Shown: one piece after another, positions 27,330-36,896 of the stretch
How the letters are laid out: each line of letters opens with the position of its first letter
How positions within the stretch are numbered: the first letter of the stretch is position 1
Assembly: GCA_038243585.1 (NCBI GenBank)
Contig: JBBSQY010000009.1
Coordinates: forward strand, 1 to 64,000
Source of the DNA: Candidatus Sumerlaeales bacterium
GTDB lineage: Bacteria > Sumerlaeota > Sumerlaeia > Sumerlaeales > Sumerlaeaceae
Direction: 5' to 3'
DNA: 64,000 bases
Program-made: the position numbers and the translations under genes
Notes under the pieces: model-generated
What the model saw: only the letters and a program-made list of their open reading frames with translations
The model's database searches: none
Told to the model about the DNA's origin: nothing

Positions 27330-29888
27330 TCAGCTCAGTTCGTTTTCAACATCCGTGTCAAAGCGCGAAGTTGTTGGATCTGACGGCTTAAGCTGTTCGC
27401 CCAGGGGTTCTTCCCTAGGCTTCTGTGGCTCCGCATCAATGGACGGGAATGCACCGGTTATGTGATCATCTACGCGGGGCTGAGCTGGCTGCGATTCAGG
27501 GCGCGGAGTGCGGTCCCGGTCGCCGGTGCCGCTTGAAAGGCCAGCGCTGCCGCCGGAAAGGCTTGCGCCGCTCCCGCCGCCGCGAGGTCCGCGATCACGA
27601 TCGCCACGGCCTCGGCCACCACGATCTCCACGATCATTACCGCCGCCACTACGCTCGCCACCGCCGGCATTGCCGCCGCTGCGGCCTGCACGGTCGCGGT
27701 CACGTTCGCCGCGACGCTCGCGACGTCCGTCGCTTGTGCCGCCGCCACCGCCGCCCTCTTGGGCTTCAGTGTGCGTGCCGGGTTCCATGGCCTGTTTGCG
27801 GGAAAGACGAATCTTGCCGCGCTCATCTACGCCGATTACCTTGACGACGATTTCATCGCCAACCTGGCAGACGTCTTCAACTTTTTCCACGCGGCGGTTT
27901 TCGAGCTCGCTGATATGCACAAGCCCATCTCTGCCGGGGAGGATTTCCACGAAGCAGCCAAACTCCGCAATGCGGTTGACCTTGCCGGTGTAAATCTGGC
28001 CGATTTGCGCTTCGACAGTCAGATCCTTGATCCACTGGATGGCGCGGGCCATGGCTTCGCCGTCGGCGGACGCTACTGCTACGCGGCCACTATCGTCGAT
28101 GTCGATCTTACAGCCCGTCTTGGCGACGATCTCTTTAATAACCTTGCCGCCGGAACCGATAACGTCTTTGATCTTCTCAGGGTTGATCATGATGGTTTCG
28201 ATGCGCGGAGCATATTCCGACATCTTCTCGCGAGGCGTCTGGATGGCTTCGTTCATTTTGCCAAGGATATGGATGCGTCCGGCCTTCGCCTGCTGCAGAG
28301 CCTTTTCCATGATCTCGATGGTGACGCCTTCAATTTTAATGTCCATCTGCAGAGCCGTAATACCTTCGGCAGTGCCGGAAACCTTGAAGTCCATGTCGCC
28401 CAGGTGATCTTCCAAGCCCATGATGTCGCTGAGAACCGCATAGCGGTCGCCTTCGAGGATCAAGCCCATGGCGATACCGGCAACAGGTGCCTTGATAGGC
28501 ACGCCGCCGTCCATCAATGCCAGCACGCCGGAGCATACTGAAGCCATGGAAGATGAACCATTGGATTCTAGAATCTCAGAAACAAGGCGGATGGTGTAGG
28601 GGAACTGGTCGTGAGGCGGGAGAATCGGAGCAATAGATCGCTGAGCCAGCGCGCCGTGGCCGATTTCGCGACGGCCAGGGCCCATCATGCGGCGTACTTC
28701 GCCTACGGAATAGCTTGGGAAATTATAGTGCAGATAGAAGGTGCGTTCCGAAACTTCTTCCAGATCGTCAATCTTCTGTGTGTCGTCACCGGTGCCGAGG
28801 GTTAATACGCCAAGGCTCTGGGTCTGACCACGGGTGAATACTGCGCTGCCGTGGGTACGGGGAAGAACAGCCAGATCGCAGTTGATCTGGCGGATTTCGT
28901 CCAGCTTGCGGCCGTCGGCGCGGGTGTTGGTATCCAGCACCGCGTTACGCATAGCCTTCGAGTATTCTTCCTCCAGGGCGTCTTTCAGCACGAGCTTCAC
29001 ATCGGGATACTCTTCGATGAGGGCCTCAGTGGTTGACGTCTTGATCTGGTCAAGAGCCGCGTTGCGCTCAGCCTTATCATAGATGGTGGCCACTTTTGCA
29101 TATTGCGGCTGGGTAAGAGTGCGAATTTTCGTGAGCAGAACTTCGTCCTGTGCGGGCTTCTGCCAGGCTTGCTTTGGCTTGCCAACTGCGCGGCGCATAT
29201 CTTCCTGAGCTTCGCAAAGTCTGATGACTTCGTTATGGCCAAAACGGAGGGCGCCGAGCATCTGCTCTTCGGTCAGCATTTCTGCGCCGGATTCAACCAT
29301 GGTGATAGCGTTCTTGGTGCCGGCCACGATCAGGTCGAGCTTAGCGTCTTTCTGCTGCTCACTGGTTGGGTTCAGGATGTAGTTCGTGCCGTCAAAGCCA
29401 ACGCGCACAGCTGAAACCGGATTTTCAAAGGGAATGTCGGAAATGATAAGAGCGGCGGAGGCAGCGGTAAGGGCTGCCACGTCTGCAGAGTTTTTTCCGT
29501 CATAGGAAAGAATGCTGATATAAACTTGGATTTCCTGCTTAAAGCCCTCGGGAAACATGGGGCGCAGGGGACGATCGATAAGCCGGGCGCGAAGAATTTC
29601 GGATTCCGCCGGGCGACCTTCGCGTTTAAAAAATCCGCCGGGCATACGGCCTGCGGCGTAAGATTTTTCACGGTAGTCCACCGTGAGTGGGAAAAAGTCC
29701 CGGGGAACATCGCTGGGAGGAGCCATGACTACGGCGGCCAGTGCGACTGTTCCTCCAACGCTTGCGATGACTGTTGCGTTTGCCTGTTTGGCAAGTTTGC
29801 CGGTGCCGAGCACCAGGTTTTCCGGGCCGAATGGCACCGATTTCTCGTAGACAGCGGTTACGCTGACCTGACCGTTATTTTCGGTCAT
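27330..29888 (-). CDS. pnp: Polyribonucleotide nucleotidyltransferase with long low-complexity C-terminal tail
   Basis: FFPLTVDY, RLIDRPLRP, RTHGSAVFTRGQTQ, RREIGHG, ESNGSSSMA, GDMDFK, KH and S1 domains; AAGGA SD before MTENNG. Confidence 0.97.
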   Translation of the reverse strand: MTENNGQVSVTAVYEKSVPFGPENLVLGTGKLAKQANATVIASVGGTVALAAVVMAPPSDVPRDFFPLTVDYREKSYAAGRMPGGFFKREGRPAESEILRARLIDRPLRPMFPEGFKQEIQVYISILSYDGKNSADVAALTAASAALIISDIPFENPVSAVRVGFDGTNYILNPTSEQQKDAKLDLIVAGTKNAITMVESGAEMLTEEQMLGALRFGHNEVIRLCEAQEDMRRAVGKPKQAWQKPAQDEVLLTKIRTLTQPQYAKVATIYDKAERNAALDQIKTSTTEALIEEYPDVKLVLKDALEEEYSKAMRNAVLDTNTRADGRKLDEIRQINCDLAVLPRTHGSAVFTRGQTQSLGVLTLGTGDDTQKIDDLEEVSERTFYLHYNFPSYSVGEVRRMMGPGRREIGHGALAQRSIAPILPPHDQFPYTIRLVSEILESNGSSSMASVCSGVLALMDGGVPIKAPVAGIAMGLILEGDRYAVLSDIMGLEDHLGDMDFKVSGTAEGITALQMDIKIEGVTIEIMEKALQQAKAGRIHILGKMNEAIQTPREKMSEYAPRIETIMINPEKIKDVIGSGGKVIKEIVAKTGCKIDIDDSGRVAVASADGEAMARAIQWIKDLTVEAQIGQIYTGKVNRIAEFGCFVEILPGRDGLVHISELENRRVEKVEDVCQVGDEIVVKVIGVDERGKIRLSRKQAMEPGTHTEAQEGGGGGGTSDGRRERRGERDRDRAGRSGGNAGGGERSGGGNDRGDRGGRGRGDRDRGPRGGGSGASLSGGSAGLSSGTGDRDRTPRPESQPAQPRVDDHITGAFPSIDAEPQKPREEPLGEQLKPSDPTTSRFDTDVENELS

Positions 29889-30185
29889 AGTGTTTCCTTT
29901 CGCTGGCATGCCCAAAAACGCGAAGATTCCTATTGTGGTAAACTCCGGGCCTGGAAAGGGGAACGTCGGGATTTTAGGTTACGGCACAATGCAATTCGCA
30001 CACACGTTTGCGCCGCCACATAAAAGCCCGCAGCCACCTCGGCCAGACAATGCCGGGCATGCCCATCTTACTATTAGATTGGTCTTTTACAAAAATGCTA
30101 TAACACGGAGTTGCCGGCTTGTTCCCTGAAAAGGGTAATTAATGCGACCCCGGGAAGCAGGACGGGCCATCGTATTATTTTTAAG

Positions 30186-30374
30186 CTACTTTCCCATAAA
30201 GCGCATGACGAGCCGGCTAACGCGCGATTCGTCGGCCACGCCGTTGCCGCCAGTGAGGTACTCTTTCGCATTGGGGTTTTCTTCCGCGCGGGCGCCACGG
30301 GTCATTTCAATGCCGCTGGTGATGGCAGAAGTTTTTTCTGGTGACTCGATTCGGTGGAGGCCTTTTTTCTTCAT
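30186..30374 (-). CDS. Small hypothetical protein (62 aa)
   Basis: Fills the gap between the cyclophilin terminator and the pnp leader with plausible codons; weak SD; no recognised family. Confidence 0.45.
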   Translation of the reverse strand: MKKKGLHRIESPEKTSAITSGIEMTRGARAEENPNAKEYLTGGNGVADESRVSRLVMRFMGK

Positions 30375-30453
30375 GGCGGGGGTCCCTGGAGAGGAGATGG
30401 TTATACTGTGGTATAGGTCTTATTACGACCTGTAAGGTTGCAGTGTTAATAAT

Positions 30454-30487
30454 AAAGGTCCGGCAACCCTTTCGGGTTGCCGGACCT
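30454..30487 (-). terminator. Intrinsic terminator of the cyclophilin gene
   Basis: Perfect 14-bp stem aggtccggcaaccc-tttc-gggttgccggacct. Confidence 0.85.
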
Positions 30488-30510
30488 GCTTAATGCGTTC
30501 TTTGTGCTAG

Positions 30511-31146
30511 TTAGTTGCTTGGTGCGGTGCCCGTTGAGGCGGCATCAGCAGGTGAGGTTGCCGGAGCTGCTGCACTTGCGCCGACTATTTCGATGTTCTT
30601 AATGACGACAGGGGTCGACGGGCGATCCTGCGCGCCGGTAGGCGTATTGACGATCTTGTTGACCACGTCCATGCCGCTCGTCACTTTACCGAAAATCGTA
30701 TGTTTGTTGTTAAGATGCGGCGTAGGACCCATGGTAATGAAAAACTGGCTGCCATTGGTGCCGGGGCCGGAGTTGGCCATGGCGAGCAGGCCGGGACCTT
30801 CGAAACCAAGGTCGCTGAATTCATCTTCAAACTTGTAGCCAGGGCCACCCATACCGTTGCCCATTGGATCGCCGCCCTGAACCATGAAGCCGGGGATGAC
30901 ACGATGGAAAATGGTTCCGCTGTAAAGAGGACGATCGGTTACAGCTTTGCCTGATTTAGGGTCGGTCCAGGCTTTTTTGCCGGTGGACAGACCGATAAAG
31001 TTTTCGACAGTTTTAGGGGCTTTGGCCGGATAAAGCTCGACGGTTATGTCGCCCATGGACGTGTGAATGATGGCCTGGGAGTTTGCCTGGGCGGAAGCGC
31101 CGGCGGCGATGCCCAGAGAGAATAGTACTGCGAAAGTGCGCTTCAT
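30511..31146 (-). CDS. Exported cyclophilin-type peptidyl-prolyl isomerase
   Basis: Signal peptide MKRTFAVL with [45 protein letters not shown]. Confidence 0.95.
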   Translation of the reverse strand: MKRTFAVLFSLGIAAGASAQANSQAIIHTSMGDITVELYPAKAPKTVENFIGLSTGKKAWTDPKSGKAVTDRPLYSGTIFHRVIPGFMVQGGDPMGNGMGGPGYKFEDEFSDLGFEGPGLLAMANSGPGTNGSQFFITMGPTPHLNNKHTIFGKVTSGMDVVNKIVNTPTGAQDRPSTPVVIKNIEIVGASAAAPATSPADAASTGTAPSN

Positions 31147-31422
31147 GTTTGCTCCTGATGGTTGGTTTTTTGATGCTGAACAAGAGATATAGACAGCGGA
31201 AGCGGGGTTTGCGTTCACGGGGAAGTGAGAAAGTGGTTGTGAAGGGCGCGACTTATAAAAAATGATATGTTGGCAAGAATTTGCACCGCAGTTATTTTAG
31301 CCGCAAAAAGTCGCAAAAGCCGCAAAAAATGGTTGTTGTTTTGGTTGCTCATGCATTAGGTTGCGTAAGAGTGGCTAGCTGGCTTTTCATGAGTAATAAT
31401 TTTGTTGCGGCGCAGTTTTGCT

Positions 31423-32259
31423 TTAGGCCAGGGAATCTAGCAGACTTAGTTGGGTTGCAATTGGACGGGGACGGCGGAGAGTTTCCCTGCCAATCAGAGT
31501 GGAGACGGCGTCACGGGGCGCGATGTGAATCTTTACCTGCGGACGCTTCGCCAGAATCGTTTTGGCGGTTTGAAGGGCCAGGCCGGGACTGTTGTTGTCC
31601 TGGCTTAGGTGGCTGAGCAGCAGCATCTGTAGCCGGTCACCGGCGTGGTCGCGCACCATTTCAGCGCTTTCCGTGTTTTCCAGATGTCCCCGTCCGCCAC
31701 TGATGCGGTGTTTCAGGCGGGGCGAGTAAGCGGGATTCTGGTCAAGCATGTCGCAATCGTAATTGCTCTCGAGAAACGCGACATCCAGATCAGCCAGGCA
31801 GCGCTTGAGAGCGGGAAAACAATGGCCAAGATCGGTCAGAATTCCTACGCGGTGCTGGCCATCGTCCACGATAAATGCGCATGGGTTGACGGCGTCGTGG
31901 GGCGTGGGGATGGTCTGCACAGTTACGTGACCGACTTTCACCGAGTCGCCGGGGGTGAAGTATTGGAACTGGGTCTTGCAGACTTTACCGAGGCGTTGGC
32001 TCATAACGTGATGGGTATCACGGGAGCAAAAAATGGGGACGTTTAGTTTGCGCTGAAAAACGCCGGCGCAAGCGGTGTGGTCGGAGTGATCATGAGATAT
32101 GAACAGGCCGTTGAACGTGCCGCAGTCGATCCCATAGGCCGCCATTCGTTCGCAGGCGCGGCGAAAAGGGATGCCAGCATCGAACAGCAGACGCACACCT
32201 GCGGACTCATAATAATAGCAATTGCCACAGCTACCGGATTGAAGGGAAAAGGTTTTCAT
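31423..32259 (-). CDS. MBL-fold metallo-hydrolase (YycJ/WalJ-like exonuclease)
   Basis: SGSCGN, ISHDHSDH, PHDA, TDLG, LESNYD, GRGHL, HLSQDNN. Confidence 0.9.
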   Translation of the reverse strand: MKTFSLQSGSCGNCYYYESAGVRLLFDAGIPFRRACERMAAYGIDCGTFNGLFISHDHSDHTACAGVFQRKLNVPIFCSRDTHHVMSQRLGKVCKTQFQYFTPGDSVKVGHVTVQTIPTPHDAVNPCAFIVDDGQHRVGILTDLGHCFPALKRCLADLDVAFLESNYDCDMLDQNPAYSPRLKHRISGGRGHLENTESAEMVRDHAGDRLQMLLLSHLSQDNNSPGLALQTAKTILAKRPQVKIHIAPRDAVSTLIGRETLRRPRPIATQLSLLDSLA

Positions 32260-32379
32260 GGAGACGGAATTGAACCAAGCGTTCTATAAGTCGTTGCGCA
32301 ATAAAAAAAGCAAAGCAGAAACAAAAGCCTTAACGCAGAGACGGGGAGGCGCAGAGGGCGGGACTGTTACACCTGTAGC

Positions 32380-32493
32380 CCCTTGGTTCCCAATGCAGTA
32401 ACAATTGCGGCTATGCAAGAGTGCCTGGATGGCAATCTAAAGTCATTTGATTCTATTGATGAGCTAGTGAAGGACTTAAACTCAGAAGATTGA
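32380..32493 (+). pseudogene. C-terminal fragment of a RelB/DinJ-family antitoxin
   Basis: Translates PLVPNAVTIAAMQECLDGNLKSFDSIDELVKDLNSED*; back to an in-frame TAA at 32302 there is no upstream ATG or N-terminal RHH; no toxin downstream. Confidence 0.65.
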
Positions 32494-32609
32494 AGAATTG
32501 GGCGATAATTGCTAATGGATTGATCGGAACCGTTAAGCACTTGTATAATTCCGCTGGACATGCCGTCCGCAGCGAAGAACAAGCAGTTTAAATTGCTAAT
32601 CTACCTATA

Positions 32610-34343
32610 ATGACTCGACGCAGGAAGACATACCGCTGGGAATATCGTGATCAGCAGCCTGACCAGGCTCGGTCGCTCACGGAACGGTATCGACTGCACT
32701 CCGTTGTGGCGTCCGTGCTTGCCAACCGCGGGTTGGCCTTGGAACATGATGCCATGCTGGGCTTTATGAGTCCTAAATTGAACACCCTGCATGACCCGCT
32801 GCTGATGGCAGATATGGCTCGCGGGGTCGAGCGCGTGGCAGATGCGGTGCGTTCGGGCGAGCGAGTTGTCGTTTTCGGCGATTACGACGCCGACGGTATT
32901 ACCAGCACTTCGTTGATGCTGCGGCTGCTGCGCCATGTGGGCGCCAATTGTGGATTTTACGTTCCTCACCGCGTGGATGAGGGTTATGGCATGAGCACGG
33001 CGGCCCTGGAGCGGCTGGCTTCTGAGGGTGCACGCTTGGTCATCACGGTGGATAACGGCATCAGCGGCATCGAACAGGTGCGCCGGGCCCGGGAGCTGGG
33101 CGTGGATGTTGTCATCACGGATCACCATCAGCAGGGCGATACGTTGCCTGAGGCGACGGCGGTTATTAATCCTAATCGCCATGACTGTCTATACCCGTGC
33201 AAGCATCTTGCGGGCGTAGGCGTGGCTTTTAAATTCGCGCACGCGCTACTGAAAACGCTGGGGCGTTCGGCGGATGAATCGACGCAATTTCTCAAATCCG
33301 TTCTCGACCTGGTAGCTATCGGAACTATTGCGGATTACGCGCCTCTGGCCGGAGAAAACCGGGTGCTGGTATCTCACGGTCTCCAGCAGATTGCAAAATC
33401 AACGAATCCGGGCATCATCGCGCTGCGCAATCACCTGAAAATAAACGGGGCCGTTACGGCTGCTCACGTGGGCTTTCAGATCGGCCCACGCCTGAACGCG
33501 GCTGGCCGGACGAGCCACGCGGAAATTGGCGTGCGGCTTTTGACGACGGACGATCCTGAAGAAGCCGACGTGATTGTAGATGAACTGGAGGCTTGCAACC
33601 GCGCCCGGCGTCTTTTAGAAGGAAAGATTTTTGACGAATCCATGGCGTTTGTGGATGAAAACATCGACCTGACGCGCGAATCCGTGGTGGTGGTAGACGG
33701 ACAGGGCTGGCACCTCGGCGTTATCGGCATTGTCGCCAGCCGCCTGATGGACCAGGTGGAGCGCCCGGTGATCGTGCTGTCTCACAAGGCAGACTGTGTT
33801 AAGGGGTCTGGGCGTAGCTTCGGAACGTTTAATTTGTTCGAGGCGCTAACGGCATGCGATAATCATCTGACAGCTTTTGGCGGACACCCTCACGCGGCAG
33901 GCATGACGCTGCCCATTGCCGGAGTCGCTGGTTTTCGGCGGGCAATTAATGAGTATGCCGCGCTCGGCGAAGGGCTTGATCGTATGGCTCCGCCCCTAAT
34001 TATCGACGCGGAGATTGATTGCCGTCTGATGGACATGGAAATGATGGCACATTTGCATTATCTGGAACCGTTCGGGCATACCAATCCTCCCCCGGTGCTG
34101 GCGACCCGGGGCCTGCGGCTTCACGCCCAGCCGCGGGTGGTTGGTGAGAAGCATTTGAAGATACAGTTTTCCAGCAGCGGCACCGTCGTCGACGGGATTG
34201 GCTTCGGCATGGGTCACATGGCGTCGGAACTGAACGGTGCGGTGGGCGCGGAGGTTGAAGTTGCGTTTTCACCTTCGATAAACAACTTCTGGTCGGTGCC
34301 GCGAGTTGAGATGGAAATCAAAGATTTGAGGCTGACAAACTAG
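32610..34343 (+). CDS. recJ: Single-stranded-DNA exonuclease RecJ
   Basis: GDYDADG, EGYG, TVDNG, TDHH, GPRLNAAGR, GSGRS, GGHPHAAG, LEPFG.NP. Confidence 0.97.
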   Translation: MTRRRKTYRWEYRDQQPDQARSLTERYRLHSVVASVLANRGLALEHDAMLGFMSPKLNTLHDPLLMADMARGVERVADAVRSGERVVVFGDYDADGITSTSLMLRLLRHVGANCGFYVPHRVDEGYGMSTAALERLASEGARLVITVDNGISGIEQVRRARELGVDVVITDHHQQGDTLPEATAVINPNRHDCLYPCKHLAGVGVAFKFAHALLKTLGRSADESTQFLKSVLDLVAIGTIADYAPLAGENRVLVSHGLQQIAKSTNPGIIALRNHLKINGAVTAAHVGFQIGPRLNAAGRTSHAEIGVRLLTTDDPEEADVIVDELEACNRARRLLEGKIFDESMAFVDENIDLTRESVVVVDGQGWHLGVIGIVASRLMDQVERPVIVLSHKADCVKGSGRSFGTFNLFEALTACDNHLTAFGGHPHAAGMTLPIAGVAGFRRAINEYAALGEGLDRMAPPLIIDAEIDCRLMDMEMMAHLHYLEPFGHTNPPPVLATRGLRLHAQPRVVGEKHLKIQFSSSGTVVDGIGFGMGHMASELNGAVGAEVEVAFSPSINNFWSVPRVEMEIKDLRLTN

Positions 34344-34508
34344 TGCTGGCACCGCACGTCCAGCTTTGCCGGTTACAAAACAGATGGGCATGTGTGCCCG
34401 TATCGACCATCTCAGGCATAGTCAAGATTAGCTCTGCAGCATCTTCTAAACTTAACCCAGTCCATTGGGACGGGCAACAATGCCCACCCTACCTTCAGAG
34501 GAATAACC

Positions 34509-36860
34509 ATGACAGATAAAGATCCATCAGAAGGCAACACACCGGAAACCAATAAAAGCAAACTGCCGCCCCGTAGGGCTGACTGGCATAGCGGCCTAAA
34601 GCGGGAAGACAACGACTCGTATCGGCCCACGGCAGATGGCACCGTTTCTGATTTTCTGGCTACGCAGCGTAATCCGGACTCTCCGGATTGGGATCCCATT
34701 GATGGCCCACGCGCCACAGGAGAAATTGCGGGACGGGCGGATGTTAGCGCGGTGGACCCGGTATCAACAAAGCCGGTCACTATGGGTTTTTACCAGCGGC
34801 GGATGCGTTTTACGGATATGGTGATTGCCCTTCTTGTGGGGCTTGCTGCCTTCTTCGCGGTGGCTACAACGTACGTCGGATTTGGTCATTCGTGGGATGA
34901 AGCGCTGTATTTGAAGCCCGCGGAGCGGGCGGCTGCTTGGATGCTGGGGGTTATCAATTCTGGCGATGATTCCATGCTGCAACCGGCGGCGGTGGGACGG
35001 CATTGGGGCCATTCGCTAGACGGCAACGATCCGCTGCATCCGGAAATTGCTCCCATCCCGAAACTACTGATTGGTGCCGGACTGACCTATCTTGTGCCCT
35101 TGGGCATTGAGCCAATGGTGGCCATGCGTCTTCCAGTGGCGGTTTTGTTTGCGCTCACGGTGGCGCTACTGTTTCTGCTGGGCACTCGTGAGTACGGGCG
35201 CATTGGCGGGTTTGCGGCGGCTTTGATGTATTTTATGATGCCTCGGGTCTTTGGTCATGCGCACATTGCCGCCTCGGAGACAGCCCTGGCTTTTTTTGTG
35301 GTGCTGACGGTCTGGTGTTTTCTCACGGCGAACCGGTTCTGGGTGCTGGCGCTTTTTACAGGCATTGCGTTCGGGCTGGCGGTAGACACGAAAGTGACTG
35401 CGTTAATGCTTCCGCTGCCCCTAATGGTTTGGGGCCAGATTTATAAACGGCGGGAATATGCCTCAAACATTTTTGCCATGGCGTTTGTTGCGCCAGTTGT
35501 CATTATTGCCCTGTGGCCGTGGCTTTGGTATGACGGTCTTTCCCGTTTTTTCAGCTATCTGGAGTTCTACACCTCTCATCAATCGACGGCGGTGTATTAT
35601 CTGGGTCGCAAGTGGGGATACACTCACGGACCGAATGCGCCGTTTTTCTACCCGCTTCATATCGCGGCTATTTCAATTCCCATCTGGATACTCGCGTTTC
35701 TCGCCCTCGGCCTGCTGCGGGCGCTTTTCTCCACTATTCGCCGGCCGGTCACCATCTTGTTTGTAGTGATGGCGGCGGCCTGGCTGGGGCTTAACATGTT
35801 GCCCCATGCACCGCGATATGACGGAGAACGGCTGTTTTTTCCGGCGTTTGCATTTCTCGCGCTGACGGCGGCAGGAGGGTTTTCTGCCTTGTTTATGGGA
35901 GTCCATGGCTGGAGGGAACGCCGCGGTGGCGTCGGGGCGAGACGCGAAACAGGGTACATTGCCGCCATTGCTGTGGGAATCTGTGCGGTTTATGGCGCGG
36001 TAGATCTGTACTTTTCGCATCCGAACCAGCTCAATTATTATAACTGGCTGGTCGGCCGGTCCGCGGGGGCGTATGCCCAGGGTTTTGAAACCTCTTATTG
36101 GGGAGAGGCCGTTAATGAAGATGTGACTGACTACCTGAACACGGTGCTGCAGCCGGGCGACAAGGTTAAGACGTTGGCGTTGAACGATCTGGCCTTCGAA
36201 AATCTGCGCCAGTGGAACAAATTGCCGGAGAAGGTGGATTTTTCCCCGGATGCGTCGCCTTATGATTATGTCGTGATGCAAGTGAGGCAAGGGTTTATGG
36301 GACGGCCGGAGCGTCAGCTATTGCGAAACCATAAACCGCTACGGGAGTTTAGCCACAATGGAGTGCCTCGCATCCTGGTCTATGCCGGTGCCGACGTGGG
36401 AAGCATCTTTCCGACAATTGCGAAAGTTGCTGTGCAGGCAGAGATTGGGGTCCAGCTAAAAGATGAAGAGTCAACGGCGACGATGCCGGCAGATGTTTTG
36501 ACGACCCAGACTCCCGCTATAAATGATAAAATAAGCGTTTCGGCGGAGAAGGTGGACGCCGGCACTACCGCCACAGAGGCGTTGGAATTGCCGGAGGAAG
36601 CCGTTACCACAGCTTCCGCTGTAACGGCCATGGATGACCTATCGACTGCTTCGGCGATTACTTCGAACGGTTTGGAAACCAGTGCCGTCATGGTGCTGGA
36701 TTTGCCGACGAGTAACTCTGAGACTACGGCGACGGAAAAGCGCCTGACCCCTGTGCCTCTTGTGGAGCTTATGGAAGCGGGAGACCCGGAAACAAGCGCA
36801 AGCCGGATCTATGACGGAGATTTACCAAGCACAAATTCATTGCCCACAGTTGTAGAGTAA
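34509..36860 (+). CDS. GT-C fold (GT39/ArnT/PMT-like) membrane glycosyltransferase with S/T-rich repetitive tail
   Basis: WDEALY catalytic-loop motif, HPEIAPIPK, MRLP, multiple TM helices, YDGERL, SYWG. Confidence 0.8.
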   Translation: MTDKDPSEGNTPETNKSKLPPRRADWHSGLKREDNDSYRPTADGTVSDFLATQRNPDSPDWDPIDGPRATGEIAGRADVSAVDPVSTKPVTMGFYQRRMRFTDMVIALLVGLAAFFAVATTYVGFGHSWDEALYLKPAERAAAWMLGVINSGDDSMLQPAAVGRHWGHSLDGNDPLHPEIAPIPKLLIGAGLTYLVPLGIEPMVAMRLPVAVLFALTVALLFLLGTREYGRIGGFAAALMYFMMPRVFGHAHIAASETALAFFVVLTVWCFLTANRFWVLALFTGIAFGLAVDTKVTALMLPLPLMVWGQIYKRREYASNIFAMAFVAPVVIIALWPWLWYDGLSRFFSYLEFYTSHQSTAVYYLGRKWGYTHGPNAPFFYPLHIAAISIPIWILAFLALGLLRALFSTIRRPVTILFVVMAAAWLGLNMLPHAPRYDGERLFFPAFAFLALTAAGGFSALFMGVHGWRERRGGVGARRETGYIAAIAVGICAVYGAVDLYFSHPNQLNYYNWLVGRSAGAYAQGFETSYWGEAVNEDVTDYLNTVLQPGDKVKTLALNDLAFENLRQWNKLPEKVDFSPDASPYDYVVMQVRQGFMGRPERQLLRNHKPLREFSHNGVPRILVYAGADVGSIFPTIAKVAVQAEIGVQLKDEESTATMPADVLTTQTPAINDKISVSAEKVDAGTTATEALELPEEAVTTASAVTAMDDLSTASAITSNGLETSAVMVLDLPTSNSETTATEKRLTPVPLVELMEAGDPETSASRIYDGDLPSTNSLPTVVE

Positions 36861-36896
36861 GTCCCTGGGATCAGACAATAATGATTAGCTTATGGG

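Noticed and set aside
27425..27993. Arg/Pro-rich + strand ORFs
   Set aside because: Antisense read-through of the GC-rich PNPase tail
32273..32285. GAAC-caagc-GTTC upstream of the WalJ-like gene as an SOS box
   Set aside because: Spacer is 5 nt rather than 4; not counted
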